DNA from: Octopus sinensis
Lineage: Eukaryota
Length of the DNA stretch: 64,000 nucleotides
Direction of reading: 5' to 3'
Assembly: GCF_006345805.1 (NCBI RefSeq)
Contig: NC_043010.1
Coordinates: forward strand, 39,680,001 to 39,744,000
Of this stretch, positions 36,631 to 49,095 are shown piece by piece. Position 1 is the stretch's first letter. Every line of letters starts with the position of its first letter. The position numbers were made by a program, and so were the translations under genes. A model generated the notes under the pieces. That model had not been told where the DNA came from. It made no database searches and saw only the letters and a program-made list of their open reading frames with translations.

Positions 36631-36981
36631 AATATGTATTTATATATACATATCTTGTGTTTGGTGAGAGTCATTCTCTTTTAGTGCCTTATTATTTAAC
36701 ACACACACCGGTAAAGCTTCCATTCATTTACTTACTTTTCAATAGTCGTTGATTATGACCGTTATCCGAGCTGCGTTCGTTCTGTTTGTTTGTGCGCATG
36801 TGTATGGGTCAGTGTGTGTGCGCATACACATGTATGTATGCATGCATGCATGTAAGTGTATGCATATGTGTCTGTGTTTGTACCTGTGTCTCCTTGTGTG
36901 TGCATGTCTCTCAATGACTCTCCCCAGATAAAAAAAAAAGAATCTTTCACACCAAATCTAAAAAAGAAGTATATATATGTA

Positions 36982-37350
36982 TATATAATACAGGGTAAAA
37001 TTAATTAATATATGAATAATTGACAATTTTACCAAGCAGTTCGGTATGTTAAAAGAACCATCATCGGTAACCTTATACAACAATTCTATAATTATAAGCA
37101 TAATTATAATTAGGGTTCCGCAAAAATTGCTTCACTACATACCGAAATTTAGAAATAGCTGTTAAATACTATTCCACTACCATAAGATATCTAAACCGTT
37201 GTTATTTATACTAAAACAAAATAATAAAGGACAGTGTGCTAAGCAGCTAGAAAGCTATAACAAAATATTCCCCGCAGGACTACAACATTTTCTAGTACAC
37301 TATCATGGAAATTTGATAAAATTATGCTTATAATTATAGAATTTTTGTAT
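36982..37350. repeat. Diverged homolog of segment A of the 18950 foldback, with an internal inverted duplication
   Basis: gggtaaaattaattaat..caatt.t.accaag..ttc.gtatgt.aa.g.accat..catac.gaa..ttagaaatagc. Perfect 21-bp inverted repeat between 37086-37106 and 37320-37340. Confidence 0.6.
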
Positions 37351-37356
37351 GTATAT

Positions 37357-37612
37357 ATCATCATCATCATCATCATCGTTTAGCGTCCGCTTCCCATGCT
37401 AGCATGGGTTGGACGGTTCAACTGGGGTCTGGGAAGCCAGAAGGCTGCATCAGGCCCAGTCTGATCTGGCAGTGTTTCTACGGCTGGATGCCCTTCCTAA
37501 CGCCAACCACTCCGTGAGTGTAGTGGGTGCGTTTTGCGTGCCACCCGCATAGGTGCAAGACGGAGCTGGCAAACGGCCACGGACGGATGGTGCTTTTACG
37601 TGCCACCGGCAC
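37357..37612 (-). mobile_element. Non-LTR 3' end (RTE-like tail) ending in (GAT)n
   Basis: GC-rich block ending (minus strand) ..gcatgggaagcggacgctaaacgatgatgatgatg. Contains ggatgcccttcctaacgccaacc. The family assignment is from recall. Confidence 0.5.
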
Positions 37613-37617
37613 GGGAG

Positions 37618-37697
<80 letters not shown>

Positions 37698-38009
37698 GTG
37701 TGTGTGTATATATATGTGTGTGTGTGTGCGTGTGTGTGTGTGTGTGTATAGTAAATTGTTGCTTCGTCATCTCAAATCTCCGCCTACTTTGGTTTTATTT
37801 TCGCCTGATGCAATTATATGCTTCGGGTGATTTTTTTTTTCGAGGATGTTTTGATTCAATGTCTCGGTCAGGTTAGCCCCACTTTTGAATCAGATGCTTG
37901 TCAGCCGTTGTGAGAATTTTATTTTACATCTATTTCCAGTCTGTTTGGCATATTAAAACATTGACCGTCGAATGTGTACGCGTGCCTGCGCGCGCGCGTG
38001 TGTGTGTGT

Positions 38010-38062
<53 letters not shown>

Positions 38063-38692
38063 TGTAAGTGAAGGGTGTTTCAAATGACATTATTTCACCA
38101 TGGAAATTTTTCGCCGCAAGCTAATTTCTCAGAATTGTGTTGCAGTACCTTTCTAGACTTTAGCTTCCCTGCCGACAGAAAACATTAAAATTTTTTTTTT
38201 TCAATTTTATCTTATTTTCTTCAAGTCTCATAGCTAATTTTATTAAATTTCCATGATTCACAACTGGATAATTTTGTAGTCCTGCGGGTAATATTTTGTT
38301 ATAGCTTTCTAGCTACTTAACACACTGCCATTTATTATTTTTATTAGTATTAATAACAGCGATTTACATATATACATATACCATAATATGCTTCCTTATA
38401 TAAAATGCGTGTAGTATATATATATAACATTAAAGTAGTCTATATATATTATATACGTATAGTTGAAATATATAACACACAGAAGCGTTGGAAAGGTGGA
38501 GTAGATAAAACAAGGGAAAACTGATGAAGGGATTGTTCTTTATGTTGCCTTTCTCGTTTCTCTGTTTCTTTCTTTCGTTTTTCGAAAAACAAGTTCGTTT
38601 TCTATGTTTATGTTTTTGCTGTACTTATTTCTCATGCTGTTTACGTTTTGTTTGACGACCTGCACCCATATGTGCATGTGTATATGCATATA

Positions 38693-38922
38693 TATTTCTT
38701 TATTGCCCACAAGGGGCTACACATAGAGGGGACAAACAAGGACAGACAAACGGATTAAGTCGATTACATCAACCCCAGTGCGTAACTGGTACTTTATTTA
38801 TCGACCCCGAAAGGATGAAAGGCAAAGTCGACCTCGGCGGAATTTGAACTCAGAACGTAGCGGCAGACGAAATACTGCTAAGCATTTTGCCCAGCGTGCT
38901 AACGTTTCTGCCAGCTCGCCTT
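38693..38922 (-). mobile_element. SINE family B, near full length
   Basis: Close match to 21580-21793 and 16940-17160. Confidence 0.9.
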
Positions 38923-39639
38923 ATATATATGTAGATATGTACATACATGTATGTATATATGCATATATATATATATATTATTTATATTTTTATTATTATA
39001 TATATATATGTATATATATACATACATATATATATATATACATAAATATATATATATATATGTGTGTGTGTGTGAGTGTGTGTGCGCGCGCGCTTTCTAT
39101 ATCTAATATAGAGGTGAGGACAAAAATCACGAAGTATAAAGATGCATCTGGTGCGCCAACTTAAGCCACATATTATGCTGACAGATTACATCATGGTTTA
39201 TGTCCCATCCTATATACATATATATGTTGTTTACATAAAAACACAACACACATATACTTACATACATAGATACATACATACACACGCACACAGACATACA
39301 TACACATAGTTTACCTAAATAACATGTTTGTAGTTTATATATAAAACACAGATAAGGTATATTTATATTACATAATTTGTCTACATAATGTAGTTATTCA
39401 GACTTATGTTTCATATTTCAATGAACTACACTCTTCTACACATTTATAATTACAAATAATTAAAGTAATTGCAATTAAGATAATGACAATTCATTTAAAG
39501 ATGGATATGAATTCATTTTGTTTCTTTGTAATACTTGAAGACCTCAACTCCACAAAGTTACGTGCCAGAAATATTGTGGAACTATTTTTATTTGATTATA
39601 TATCAGGTTTTTGTGTGTACATGGATGAAATTATTGCAA

Positions 39640-39862
39640 CTTTTAGAAACGTTAGCACGCCGGGCGAAATGCTCAGCAGTATTTCGTCTGTCGTTACGTT
39701 CTGGGTTCAAACACTGCCGAGGTCGACTTTGCCTTTCATTCTTTCGGGATCGATAAATAAAGTACCAGTTGCGCACTGGGGTCGATGTAGTTGACTTAAT
39801 CCCTTTGTCTGTCTTTGTTTGTCCCCTCTATGTTTAGCCCCCTGTGGGCAATAAAGAAATGT
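39640..39862 (+). mobile_element. SINE family B
   Basis: agaaacgttagcacgccgggcgaaatgc..gggttcaaac..gccgaggtcgactttgcc..gtgggcaataaagaaat. Confidence 0.9.
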
Positions 39863-40442
39863 ACTTTTAAGTCAGCCAGCAACACTTCTACTGCGCCGTA
39901 TATTTCCAGATAATTTCAGCTGTTGTATTTATATTCGTTTCTCCTATCCAAGAAGGTTAATATTCATTAACACTTAAAATGAGAGAGGAGGGAACATTGA
40001 GTTATATCAAGCACAGTACATGACTTTTAATTTCATGATACTTTACTTTAAAACTTACACGGTTGTTGGAATACTTTTTGTCTCGGGAGACAATGGAGTT
40101 GCGCATAAAGTAGTCTAGTTCGGTTTTTACATTTCATGTCCTGATACATTTCCTGTTGTGGCTGTGTAGTCCTATCCTGGACAAACACTCCCTCTGGCAG
40201 GTACCGCAATTAAAATTCGTATGCTTTTAACTTTTAAACTCACTTCAAAAATAACCGTGGACGAAAAGAATTACTTTTGTTTTCATGGTTCTTTTCGAGT
40301 GAGGCATTAAACTGTCGTAGTATATTAGAAAATACCGACATTATTATAAATTTTATTTGCAAATTCGTTGTATTCAAGCGAAGTATCTAAGTTGAAAAAG
40401 CTTTGTCTTGTTTAGTATTTACTGCAATATAGAGATCTTGTA

Positions 40443-40648
40443 GGGCGGCGAGCTATCAGAATCGTCATCACGCCGGACGAAATACTCAGCGTTATTTCGT
40501 CTGCCGTTACGTTCTGAGTTCAAATTCTGCCGAAGTCAAATTTGCTTTTCATTCTTTCGGGGGTCGTTAAATTAAGTACCAGCTGCGTACTGGGGTCGAT
40601 CTAATCGAGTGACCCCCTCCCCTAGAATTTCGGGCCTTGTGCCTAAAT
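40443..40648 (+). mobile_element. SINE family B (alternative tail)
   Basis: ggcggcgagctatcagaatcg..gagttcaaattctgccga..ggggtcgatctaatcga..gaatttcgggccttgtgcc. Confidence 0.85.
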
Positions 40649-42104
40649 CAGGAAAGAATATTGAGATCCTGTGTTATGGGATGTATGCACGTTGTTATTT
40701 CTGTTTTCTAGACCGCATATTAATAAATATGTGACAGTTATAAAAACAAGATGAACTTAATATTTCTAATGAAATGCATTTGGCCACAAAAATTAATATT
40801 TGCATTTGTTTTGTAATATTGTGTTCACATAAAACTAGCAACTTCTCGACACGTAAAAGCACTTTAAGCGATCAAAATTTACTGGCCCTATGTAAATACT
40901 ATTTGACACGAAAGACAAACGCGGGAAATATCAATAGCAACAACAGAAACTACAGCAACAGCAATAACAGCGCAAGCGACACAATGACAAGAACAACAAC
41001 AAGAACAAGAACAACAACAATAATAATAACAATAACAACAACAACATTGAAGAGGAGGGGGAGGAGGACGGCGACGACAACGACGACGATGACAACGATG
41101 ATGATGATAATGATGGTTGTGATATCCACTATCTAATTCTGTCAACCACTGCTGCCGATAATTGGAAATCATAATTCAGTAATTATGATTTATGTCACAA
41201 TACTCAGATTTAATAAAAATATAAATAAGTGTAAGAATTTTGAAATCGCACAGGAAGGGTCGTCAGTGTTGCCATGTCATTGGTAAGGAGAAACAACATG
41301 ATGTGGGTCCGAAGAATCAGTATATAATGAGAATAACTTTATTTAGTAATGGAAACGAGAGAGATAATCGCTCGTTATACTATTTTAACTATTCAGAAAC
41401 TAAATTGCAGTTGTTATGATTTAGTTCTAAGTTGTTATAGTTCTATGGTGTTATTTAGCTTCCAAATATTAGGAAGTCGTGATTGGGTTGTTTATATTAA
41501 TAGTGTGTGTCTCACACATGCTATTAACATAGAAAAACTAAGATTATGCTTTTGTAAGTATCTCTCCCCACTAAGATAATAACCTGTAATTTACGGAAGC
41601 GTTTGTCGAACCGTACTGGTTTTCGGGTTTGCCGGTGCGAGTTGCTGGGTGTCTAGTATTTGTGGGTTGTTTTGTATAGGTTGTATTATTGGATTGATAG
41701 TGTCTTGCGTACGATGTGGGCTATTCCTAGCAGGGCTATTTTTTGGACAGTGTGCAGCGTTGAGGATACAGGTATAGCTTCTACATTTTTAGTCAATAAT
41801 TTTTTTTATCATGCCCATTATTATTATTATTAAAAGAGGGTATACAGAGGAGTGACAGAAAGAGAGAGGAGAAATGGAAAGAAAGGAAGAGACATAAACA
41901 AGAGACCATGGCACTACAATCAGCCAGGAACAGTCTTCGCTACATTTGCAGTACCTGCCAGAGGGAGTGTTTGTCCAGGATAGGACTACACAGCCACAGC
42001 AAGAAATGTAACAGGAAATAAAATATAACAGCCGGACTAGACCTAGAAAAAAAAAAAAATGCGCAACTCCATTGTCTCCCGAGACAGAAAGGATGCCAAA
42101 CAAT

Positions 42105-42147
42105 TATTATTATTATTATTATTATTAGTAGTAGTAGTAGTAGTAGT

Positions 42148-42191
<44 letters not shown>

Positions 42192-42235
42192 TAATCATTA
42201 TTATTACCATCAGTATTATTATTATTATTATTATT
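42105..42235. repeat. (ATT)n/(AGT)n array
   Basis: Visible array. Confidence 0.95.
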
Positions 42236-42244
42236 CTTTTCTAG

Positions 42245-42345
42245 CCTCAGCATAAGGCCCGAAATTTTGGGGCAGGGTTCCAGTCGATTAGATCGATACC
42301 AGTACGCAACCGGTACTTAATTTATTGACCCCGAAAGGATGAAAC
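42245..42345 (-). mobile_element. SINE family B 3' half
   Basis: aaggcccgaaattttggg..gtcgattagatcga..cagtacgcaaccggtacttaatttattgaccccgaaaggatgaaa. Confidence 0.8.
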
Positions 42346-42414
42346 TAGCATCGGGCTACAAGTAAACATAGATGCCTAGAACCCTTCTTATTATCCAAGC
42401 TGCCCCTAATAACA

Positions 42415-42475
42415 CTTATCATCATCATCATGTTCAACATTATTATTATTAATATTATTATTATTATTGATATTA

Positions 42476-42514
<39 letters not shown>

Positions 42515-42570
42515 GTAGTAGTAGTAGTAGTAGTGGTGGTAGTAGTAGTAGTAGTAGTAGCAGCAGCAGC

Positions 42571-42604
<34 letters not shown>

Positions 42605-42619
42605 TAGTAGTAGTAGTAT
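42415..42619. repeat. (ATT)n/(AGT)n/(AGC)n array
   Basis: Visible array. Confidence 0.95.
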
Positions 42620-43140
42620 TGAGTGAGAGAGCAGTGCATGCTATCAAAGTGACACTGGGGTAAAATATACGAAGCCCAGTATTCACATCATGACTACCCG
42701 TCTGATGAGGGTACAATAGGCACATGCATCACAACCATATGTGTGCGACATGGTGATCTCATTTCAAGATAAACAACACATGACCTTGCAGGTGGGGCCC
42801 AGTTAGAATTTTCTTCTGTTCGAGTAACCCATCCCGCTAAAAGATCCCTGAATAAGGGTTGCTTAAGATTGTTGAACGAAGCACCCATGTTTCCAGAGGC
42901 GAATTATTCAAACCCCAAATAATTCCTCGCGACACATGCTCGTGATCAGAGATGCACATATCATCAGCCACTAAAGACATTGTCAAATGGTTAAGGTCAA
43001 ACAACCGACAAGCAAATCTGTGGTATTGAGCAGAATATTTGCTGTAGCCCATCTTTTATACCAAGACAAAACAATGTGCATAACACTTCCAATCAGTTAA
43101 GATCAAAATCACGAGAGCCACTGCCTGGTACTGCATCAGG
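42620..43140 (-). mobile_element. Unclassified ~520-bp insert, possibly a non-LTR 3' UTR
   Basis: Sharp-edged, more GC-rich block embedded between trinucleotide arrays, with no ORF. Confidence 0.4.
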
Positions 43141-43141
43141 G

Positions 43142-43192
<51 letters not shown>

Positions 43193-43218
43193 TATTATTA
43201 TTATTATTATTATAATCA

Positions 43219-43302
<84 letters not shown>

Positions 43303-43305
43303 TTT
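43142..43305. repeat. (CAT)n(TAT)n array
   Basis: Visible array. Confidence 0.95.
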
Positions 43306-43319
43306 ATAGAGTGGTACAG

Positions 43320-43582
43320 TATAATGCAGTATAATTACAATCAACTAATAAGGGTGGGAAAATTGGATACTAATTTAATAGTACCATCACTGAAACCTTA
43401 GCGGATCTATTCTTAGTGCTAGAGTCGACCACATAGTGGTCACTCTCTTATATTTACGTATAAAATTTATTGTATTCCTAGTTTTTATGCACTAAGCCAT
43501 CTGGTGTTAAATTGATGGTACTATTAAATTAGTATCCAATTTTCTCATCCTTATTAGTTCATTGTAATTATACTGCATTATA
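43320..43582. mobile_element. MITE/foldback-like element with 70-bp inverted arms
   Basis: 43320-43389 and 43513-43582 are reverse complements with 3 mismatches. Spacer is 123 bp. Confidence 0.75.
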
Positions 43583-43977
43583 TTTTGATGTAGTATCTGT
43601 TTCCGTGAATTTTACCGGGCTCTGGCGGGGGCACTTGAATTATAACGGCGAATGTAATCGACTGAACCGCATGTGTGTTTATCGTTATGGTAAAATCTGA
43701 CATGCGGTTGAGTAAATTGTATTCTAGACAAATTCAGCTGAGGAGCTACAGATACGTTATGTGACTAAAATTACATAATTTATTAATAGCGAAACAATTG
43801 TCCTGAATTAATCTGCATTTTTGTTATTTTTTATTTGCCCTGTTCGTTTACGCTAATAGTTGTGCCAACTTTCATCGAAAACAATTCTTCGTGGCTGAAA
43901 CCTTAGCGGATCTATTTTTAGTGCTAGAGTCGACCACATAGTGGTCAGTCTCTTATATTTACGTATATATTTATATG

Positions 43978-44019
<42 letters not shown>

Positions 44020-44319
44020 TGTGTATCTATGTGTGTATATGTTTCCCTGTGTGTGTATCTATGTTATATATCTATATAAATACTGACAAGAAGGAACTAA
44101 ATTATTCTGTCGGGTAATTAGATAATAACTAATAAGAAAAATAATAGTATCATAGAGAATATATAGTAGAAAAAAAAACCGTAAAGGACTGTAAATACAT
44201 CTAGCAAATAATCTTATAACATGTCATATCTGAAGAATAAATGATAGTTGGATTTTAGATAGGACATGTAATTAAGGAAAATATATGTGCTATAAAGGAA
44301 CACCCTCCAATGTGTGTGT

Positions 44320-44485
44320 ATGTGTATGTGAATATATACATATTTATATCGAGATAGATACATAGATAGATACATACATAAATACATACAGATACACATT
44401 TACACAGAGAGAGAGACACACACACACACAGAGCGAGAGAGAACGACAGAGAAAAGGAGATTAGAAGACAGAGAGGGAGAGAGAA

Positions 44486-44519
<34 letters not shown>

Positions 44520-44621
44520 TCTCTCTCTCTCTCTCTGTAAATATGTATCTGTATGTATTTATGTATGTATCTATCTATGTATCTATCTCGATATAAATAT
44601 GTATATATTCACATACACATA
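44320..44621. repeat. Local inverted duplication (foldback) of a microsatellite-rich segment
   Basis: 44320-44430 and about 44490-44621 are near-perfect reverse complements, including the non-periodic tatttatatcgagatagatacatag. Confidence 0.85.
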
Positions 44622-44780
44622 CAGAGAATAGAGAGAATGAAAGAACATTTCATATAAGAAACATACTTCTGTTTAGATTGTGATGAATGTAAATTGGGGA
44701 AAATATAAAAGGTATATATGTAGCACGAAGTGCGTATGAATTGTTCTTATATAAATTAAGATACAATTGTTCTTATATAT

Positions 44781-45297
44781 AACTAGCAGTATCGCCCGGC
44801 GTTGCTCGGGTTTGTAAGGGAAATAACTATATAAGCATTTTTAGAGAGTTACTTCCCTTATAGATGCCAATTCGGGCTTTCTTAGCCATTTCTGTTTTGG
44901 TGTCTTCAAGCCATGAAGTTGTTGTTCTAAAAGAACGCCGTTCTCCTTGACAACGCTTTACGACGTTGATTTCCTTACACTCCCTTCCCCACAGCTTCAC
45001 GAGGGAGGGAAGAAGGGGGAAAAGCAACACAGGTGCAGGTTTGAGCGTGGACGCCAACTCCGCCGCCATCGACACACGAAAAATTATGCATTAAAATGGA
45101 ATAAAAAATGATGTTAAATTATTTTTTAAATCGTAGACTCATCGTAGACGCGCGCTAATACTCAGACGGGCTCGATATGAATCACGACTATAAGATACCC
45201 GAATTTGGTTAAACTGCACCGCAAAATGTGGGAGTAGTTAGGAATCTAAATCGAAGGGGACAGACACTCACACAACTACAGTTTTATATATATAGAT
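44781..45297 (+). mobile_element. Non-autonomous Helitron/Helentron-type element (Lep1/DINE-1-like termini)
   Basis: Starts tatataACTAGcagtatcgcccggcgttgctcggg (5' hairpin) and ends acagttttatatatatagat. Subterminal inverted TATATA-ACT motifs; no conventional TSD. Confidence 0.65.
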
Positions 45298-45377
45298 TAA
45301 GATACAAATGCATCTCAGCACAAAATATATGATAATTTGGGTTTATATCACGCATATAAAATATGTTGCAATATAAA

Positions 45378-45446
<69 letters not shown>

Positions 45447-45449
45447 GTA

Positions 45450-45519
<70 letters not shown>

Positions 45520-45574
45520 AATAGTGATGCATACAAACACAATTTGTCCCGATATATATCACCTTGATCACCTT

Positions 45575-45890
45575 GACAACTGCGTGCGTCCACCGATTAT
45601 CGGTGAGCCGGGCGACGTGTCCAGCCCATGTATACTTGCTGTGTGTATACTCTGCGATGACATCTCTCACGCCGGACTTCTTTCTGATGATCTTGCTACT
45701 TATGTGCTCTCTCAACGAGATACCAAGCATTGACCTTTCCATGGCTCTTTGAGCCATTACCAGTCTTTGCTCTTCTCTCTTTGTCGTAGCCCATGTTTCA
45801 CTACCATATAACATTGCAGGCATAACTGCACTGTTAATGAGGTGGGCGCGGTTGGTCCTGTCCAACCTTCCCTTGACCACATCTCATTAT
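45575..45890 (-). pseudogene. RTE-clade LINE ORF C-terminal fragment
   Basis: RAHLINSAVMPAMLYGSETWATTK..AQRAMERSMLGISLREH..IRKKSGVRDVI..SKYTWAGHVAR..DNRWT. Confidence 0.9.
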
Positions 45891-45989
45891 ACCCAACTTA
45901 CAGGGAAAAATTCAATTTAGAAATACTAAATCAAATTTTACAAAATACAATATATATATAAATTAGAAAAAAAATAACTGTTATCAATT

Positions 45990-46230
45990 CAAAATGAAAA
46001 CATCCATCATCTTGAGCCAGGGCAGCACTATATCTTCCAGGCACTTGATGTAGACCCCATGTTGATTCTGAGGCCGTATGAGAAGATGAATGGAAGCATA
46101 ACGTCGCCAGCACTAGTAATCACTCCAAACACCATGATGTTGAGTGGCTGTTCGATTTTTATCATTCTCCGTTCATGTTTCGGGGTTTCGGAAAACCAGA
46201 GGTTGTTCTGTGTGCTCAACATCTATTCGT
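45990..46230 (-). pseudogene. Tc1/mariner (DD37D/Bmmar1-like) transposase fragment
   Basis: NNLW..K..P.NIMVFGVITSAGDVMLPFIFSYGLRIN resembles (K/H)FPA.VMVFGVVSS.G.VMPP.IF..GL.VN. Confidence 0.7.
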
Positions 46231-46864
46231 AATGAAGCTTCTGGCGCGAACGCCAGGCAATACAGTATGTCGCTACGAAATTTCTGGCAGAGTTAATTGC
46301 GTAATAGTGCTGTCTTTCTTACATACGATGCCCAGCTGACACTAATACAGTTTAGTCGACAATAACAAAAGCAAGCATTGTGCATGCGAGAAATTAAGGA
46401 TATAGCGACAATTTACCCATCGCACCTTTGGAGAAGCCTTTTTCTTTATTTTTTCGAAGATTAGATTTCCACTTCTCATTCAAATACTTAAGCGATCCCC
46501 ACAGTTTACCAATCCTGATATCCATAACACTCTGGGATTTGGCCAAAAGTCTTCTAATTTACTTGATCGTGAAAAAGTTTGTCATAAAGGTGCAAGGTGC
46601 CTCAAATTTATGCATGATGGTAAAACCTACGTCTTTGCTGTTATCCCTGTAGGGAACAGCGAACTGGATGATTTTCAAGAATGTGCTCTGGTGGGTCTAT
46701 AAATTTGTATCCCCGCAAAGGGCAAAAGATAGCTGGAGAAATTGTTATATAACTTCAATGCTGTAGAAATGAGACCTACATTTTAACAACTATAGTGGCA
46801 TTACATGCACTGGAACTGCACCTGAATTCTACAACTTGATGCTACAGAAAAGAATTAGGTCTAA

Positions 46865-47010
46865 TCCTCAGAACACGCCTTGGAAGAATCAAAATGGCTT
46901 TCGTCCAACCTGATCAAAAGCCGACATATCAAAGGCGTGAACGAGAATATAGCAATCGCCATAATTCTCATAGTTTTCACAATGGCCTTCAATTCGATCC
47001 ATCTTATATA
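46865..47010 (+). pseudogene. RTE-clade RT fragment (domains 2-3), internally deleted
   Basis: QNGFRP.. followed by KGVNENIAIAIILIVFTMAFNSIH, compared with EGV.EKNL.AII.FIDF.KAFDSIH. Confidence 0.6.
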
Positions 47011-47210
47011 GAGAGAAGGGATAAAGAGAGACAAAGACACATAGGGCGTTATTATTTGCGGTGCAGTGCGAGTGCACATAGTCGGATAGGTGACATGCAG
47101 CGTGTAAAGGAAAGCTTCACACAGTGAGAGAGAAACGTAGACAGAGGAGGAGGAGAAAATGGAAAAGTAGTTATGGGAAGAAAAATTTGTTTTATATAAT
47201 TCTATTTAAA

Positions 47211-47518
47211 GTGGAGGCGCAATGGCCCAGTGATTAGGGCAGCGGACTCGCGGTCGGAGGATCGCAGTTTCGCGTGCGTTGTGCGTGTTTATTGAGCGAA
47301 AACACCTTAAGCTCCACGAGGCTTCAGCAAGGGGTGGTGGCGACGCTTGTTGTACACTTTCACCCCAACTTTCTCACACTTTTCTTCCCGTTTCTTGTGT
47401 AACGCTGCGATGGACTGACGTCCCGTCCAGCTGGGCAGAATACATACGCCATAGAAACCGGGAAACCGGGCCCATGAGCATGGCTAGGCTTCAAAAGAGC
47501 GCAAAAGTAAATAAATAA
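47211..47518 (+). mobile_element. SINE family D, full length with a 13-bp TSD
   Basis: Head gtggaggcgcaatggcccagtgattagggcagcg. TSD AATTCTATTTAAA at 47198-47210 and 47519-47531. Confidence 0.85.
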
Positions 47519-48476
47519 AATTCTATTTAAACTAAAAACCTATGACATCACGTGATTTGGTTGAAGCAGAAATACTGGAATCTGCGGCTGTAAATAGCCT
47601 TTGGTCTGGTACTGACATTTCTGTGATCCTTAGCACTGTAGGATTACACGCCTTTTCAAGACGAATACTGCAGCTGTCGCTAGTAAGGAATACATATAGA
47701 TATACAGATATTTTCAAGAGGATTATGCGAATTTGAGTTTTTGTTATGTTGCGCTTATCCACATGAAGAACGGTGCCAGAATGGAGCCTTTCTTTGAAAC
47801 GAACGTGTAAAACTAGTGTCCATGTTAACATTCATATATACGCAAAGTAAATTAATGACACGCATATATACGCATTTGTACGTTTATACGTACGTATATA
47901 TAGCTAATACTCACACATAAATACAAATACGGGTGTATGTATGTATGTGTACACACAGATTTATATATATATAAAGGTATATATATAGGAACGTATACAT
48001 ATTTATATATACGCACAACACACTCACATTTATATAAGTTATAGCACATTGAATAAATGCGTGTCTTTTAAGTCTTAGTTGTACAAGATTAATGTGGATA
48101 GAAGGCTTTGAAAGAAGACCGTTGAGCTCAACAGCGTATATATTTCAAGTAAATTTACAGCTCTTACATTGACATATAGGGGGATAATGGGATTACACTA
48201 AAAGGGATTAAGAATAGCTGACGATCAACATGGTAATAAGGAGCCTGACATAAAAGAGATCTAATGTGATGTATTTTCGTTTCGAATGTGTGCAAGAGAG
48301 AAAGAAAGAGAATGTGAGTGTTTATCACGGCCTCTTAACCACCGGCTTTCGATGTAATAAAGTATCTATATACCGACCACTTGAGAACGAAAACGAAAAT
48401 ACATAAAATTACAATGTCTTTCATGCCGTGATCCTTGTTGTCAGGCGTATATGTATATATAGGTAAATGTTTATAT

Positions 48477-48507
<31 letters not shown>

Positions 48508-48614
48508 GTGGAAATATATCCATATATCTATATATCTATATAATTGTATTATATATATATATATATGCATGTGTATTACACGAATATGTATTTACATTCG
48601 TGTTATGTATATAT

Positions 48615-48679
<65 letters not shown>

Positions 48680-49053
48680 TGTGTGTGTGTGTGTGTTGTG
48701 TGTGTGTGTGTGTGTGTATGAGTGTCTGAGTATGTGTATGTGCGATTTTAAAAGTAGTTAAATCGAATGCGCAGCACAGTAAAAATAACAAAAAAAAGTA
48801 TAACAGAAACAAGGAAAGAAAAAGAAGCAGCAATATGCAATATTGTCTACATAATTCGAAAATTGCATTAAACAACACCAGATAATTTCGATCATGTTGG
48901 GAAAGCTATAAGACAATAATCTGAAAGACATTTATACCTACTTATTTATTGGGAAACGTATTGTATTGTCATCATCAATTCTCTTGTTGCACTATACCTT
49001 GTATGTTAGAAGGCAATACTTCAGATCTCTTTATCCTGTTTTCGATTTGTCGG

Positions 49054-49095
<42 letters not shown>

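Noticed and set aside
38520-38560. CUGAUGA (also at 42700, 43735, 5605 and 7975 on the minus strand)
   Set aside because: No correctly placed GAAA plus helices.
40900-41130. T/N/R-rich ORF 40774-41136
   Set aside because: Mosaic of (AAC)/(GAC)/(GAT) repeats.
46633-46655. gctgttatccct resembling an I-SceI site or mitochondrial 16S motif
   Set aside because: A match of only about 12 bp with no flanking similarity; expected by chance.
46400-46660. Possible host exon (minus strand ..MDIRIGKLWGSLKYLNEKWK..)
   Set aside because: No recognisable domain, no convincing splice pair and no neighbouring exons.
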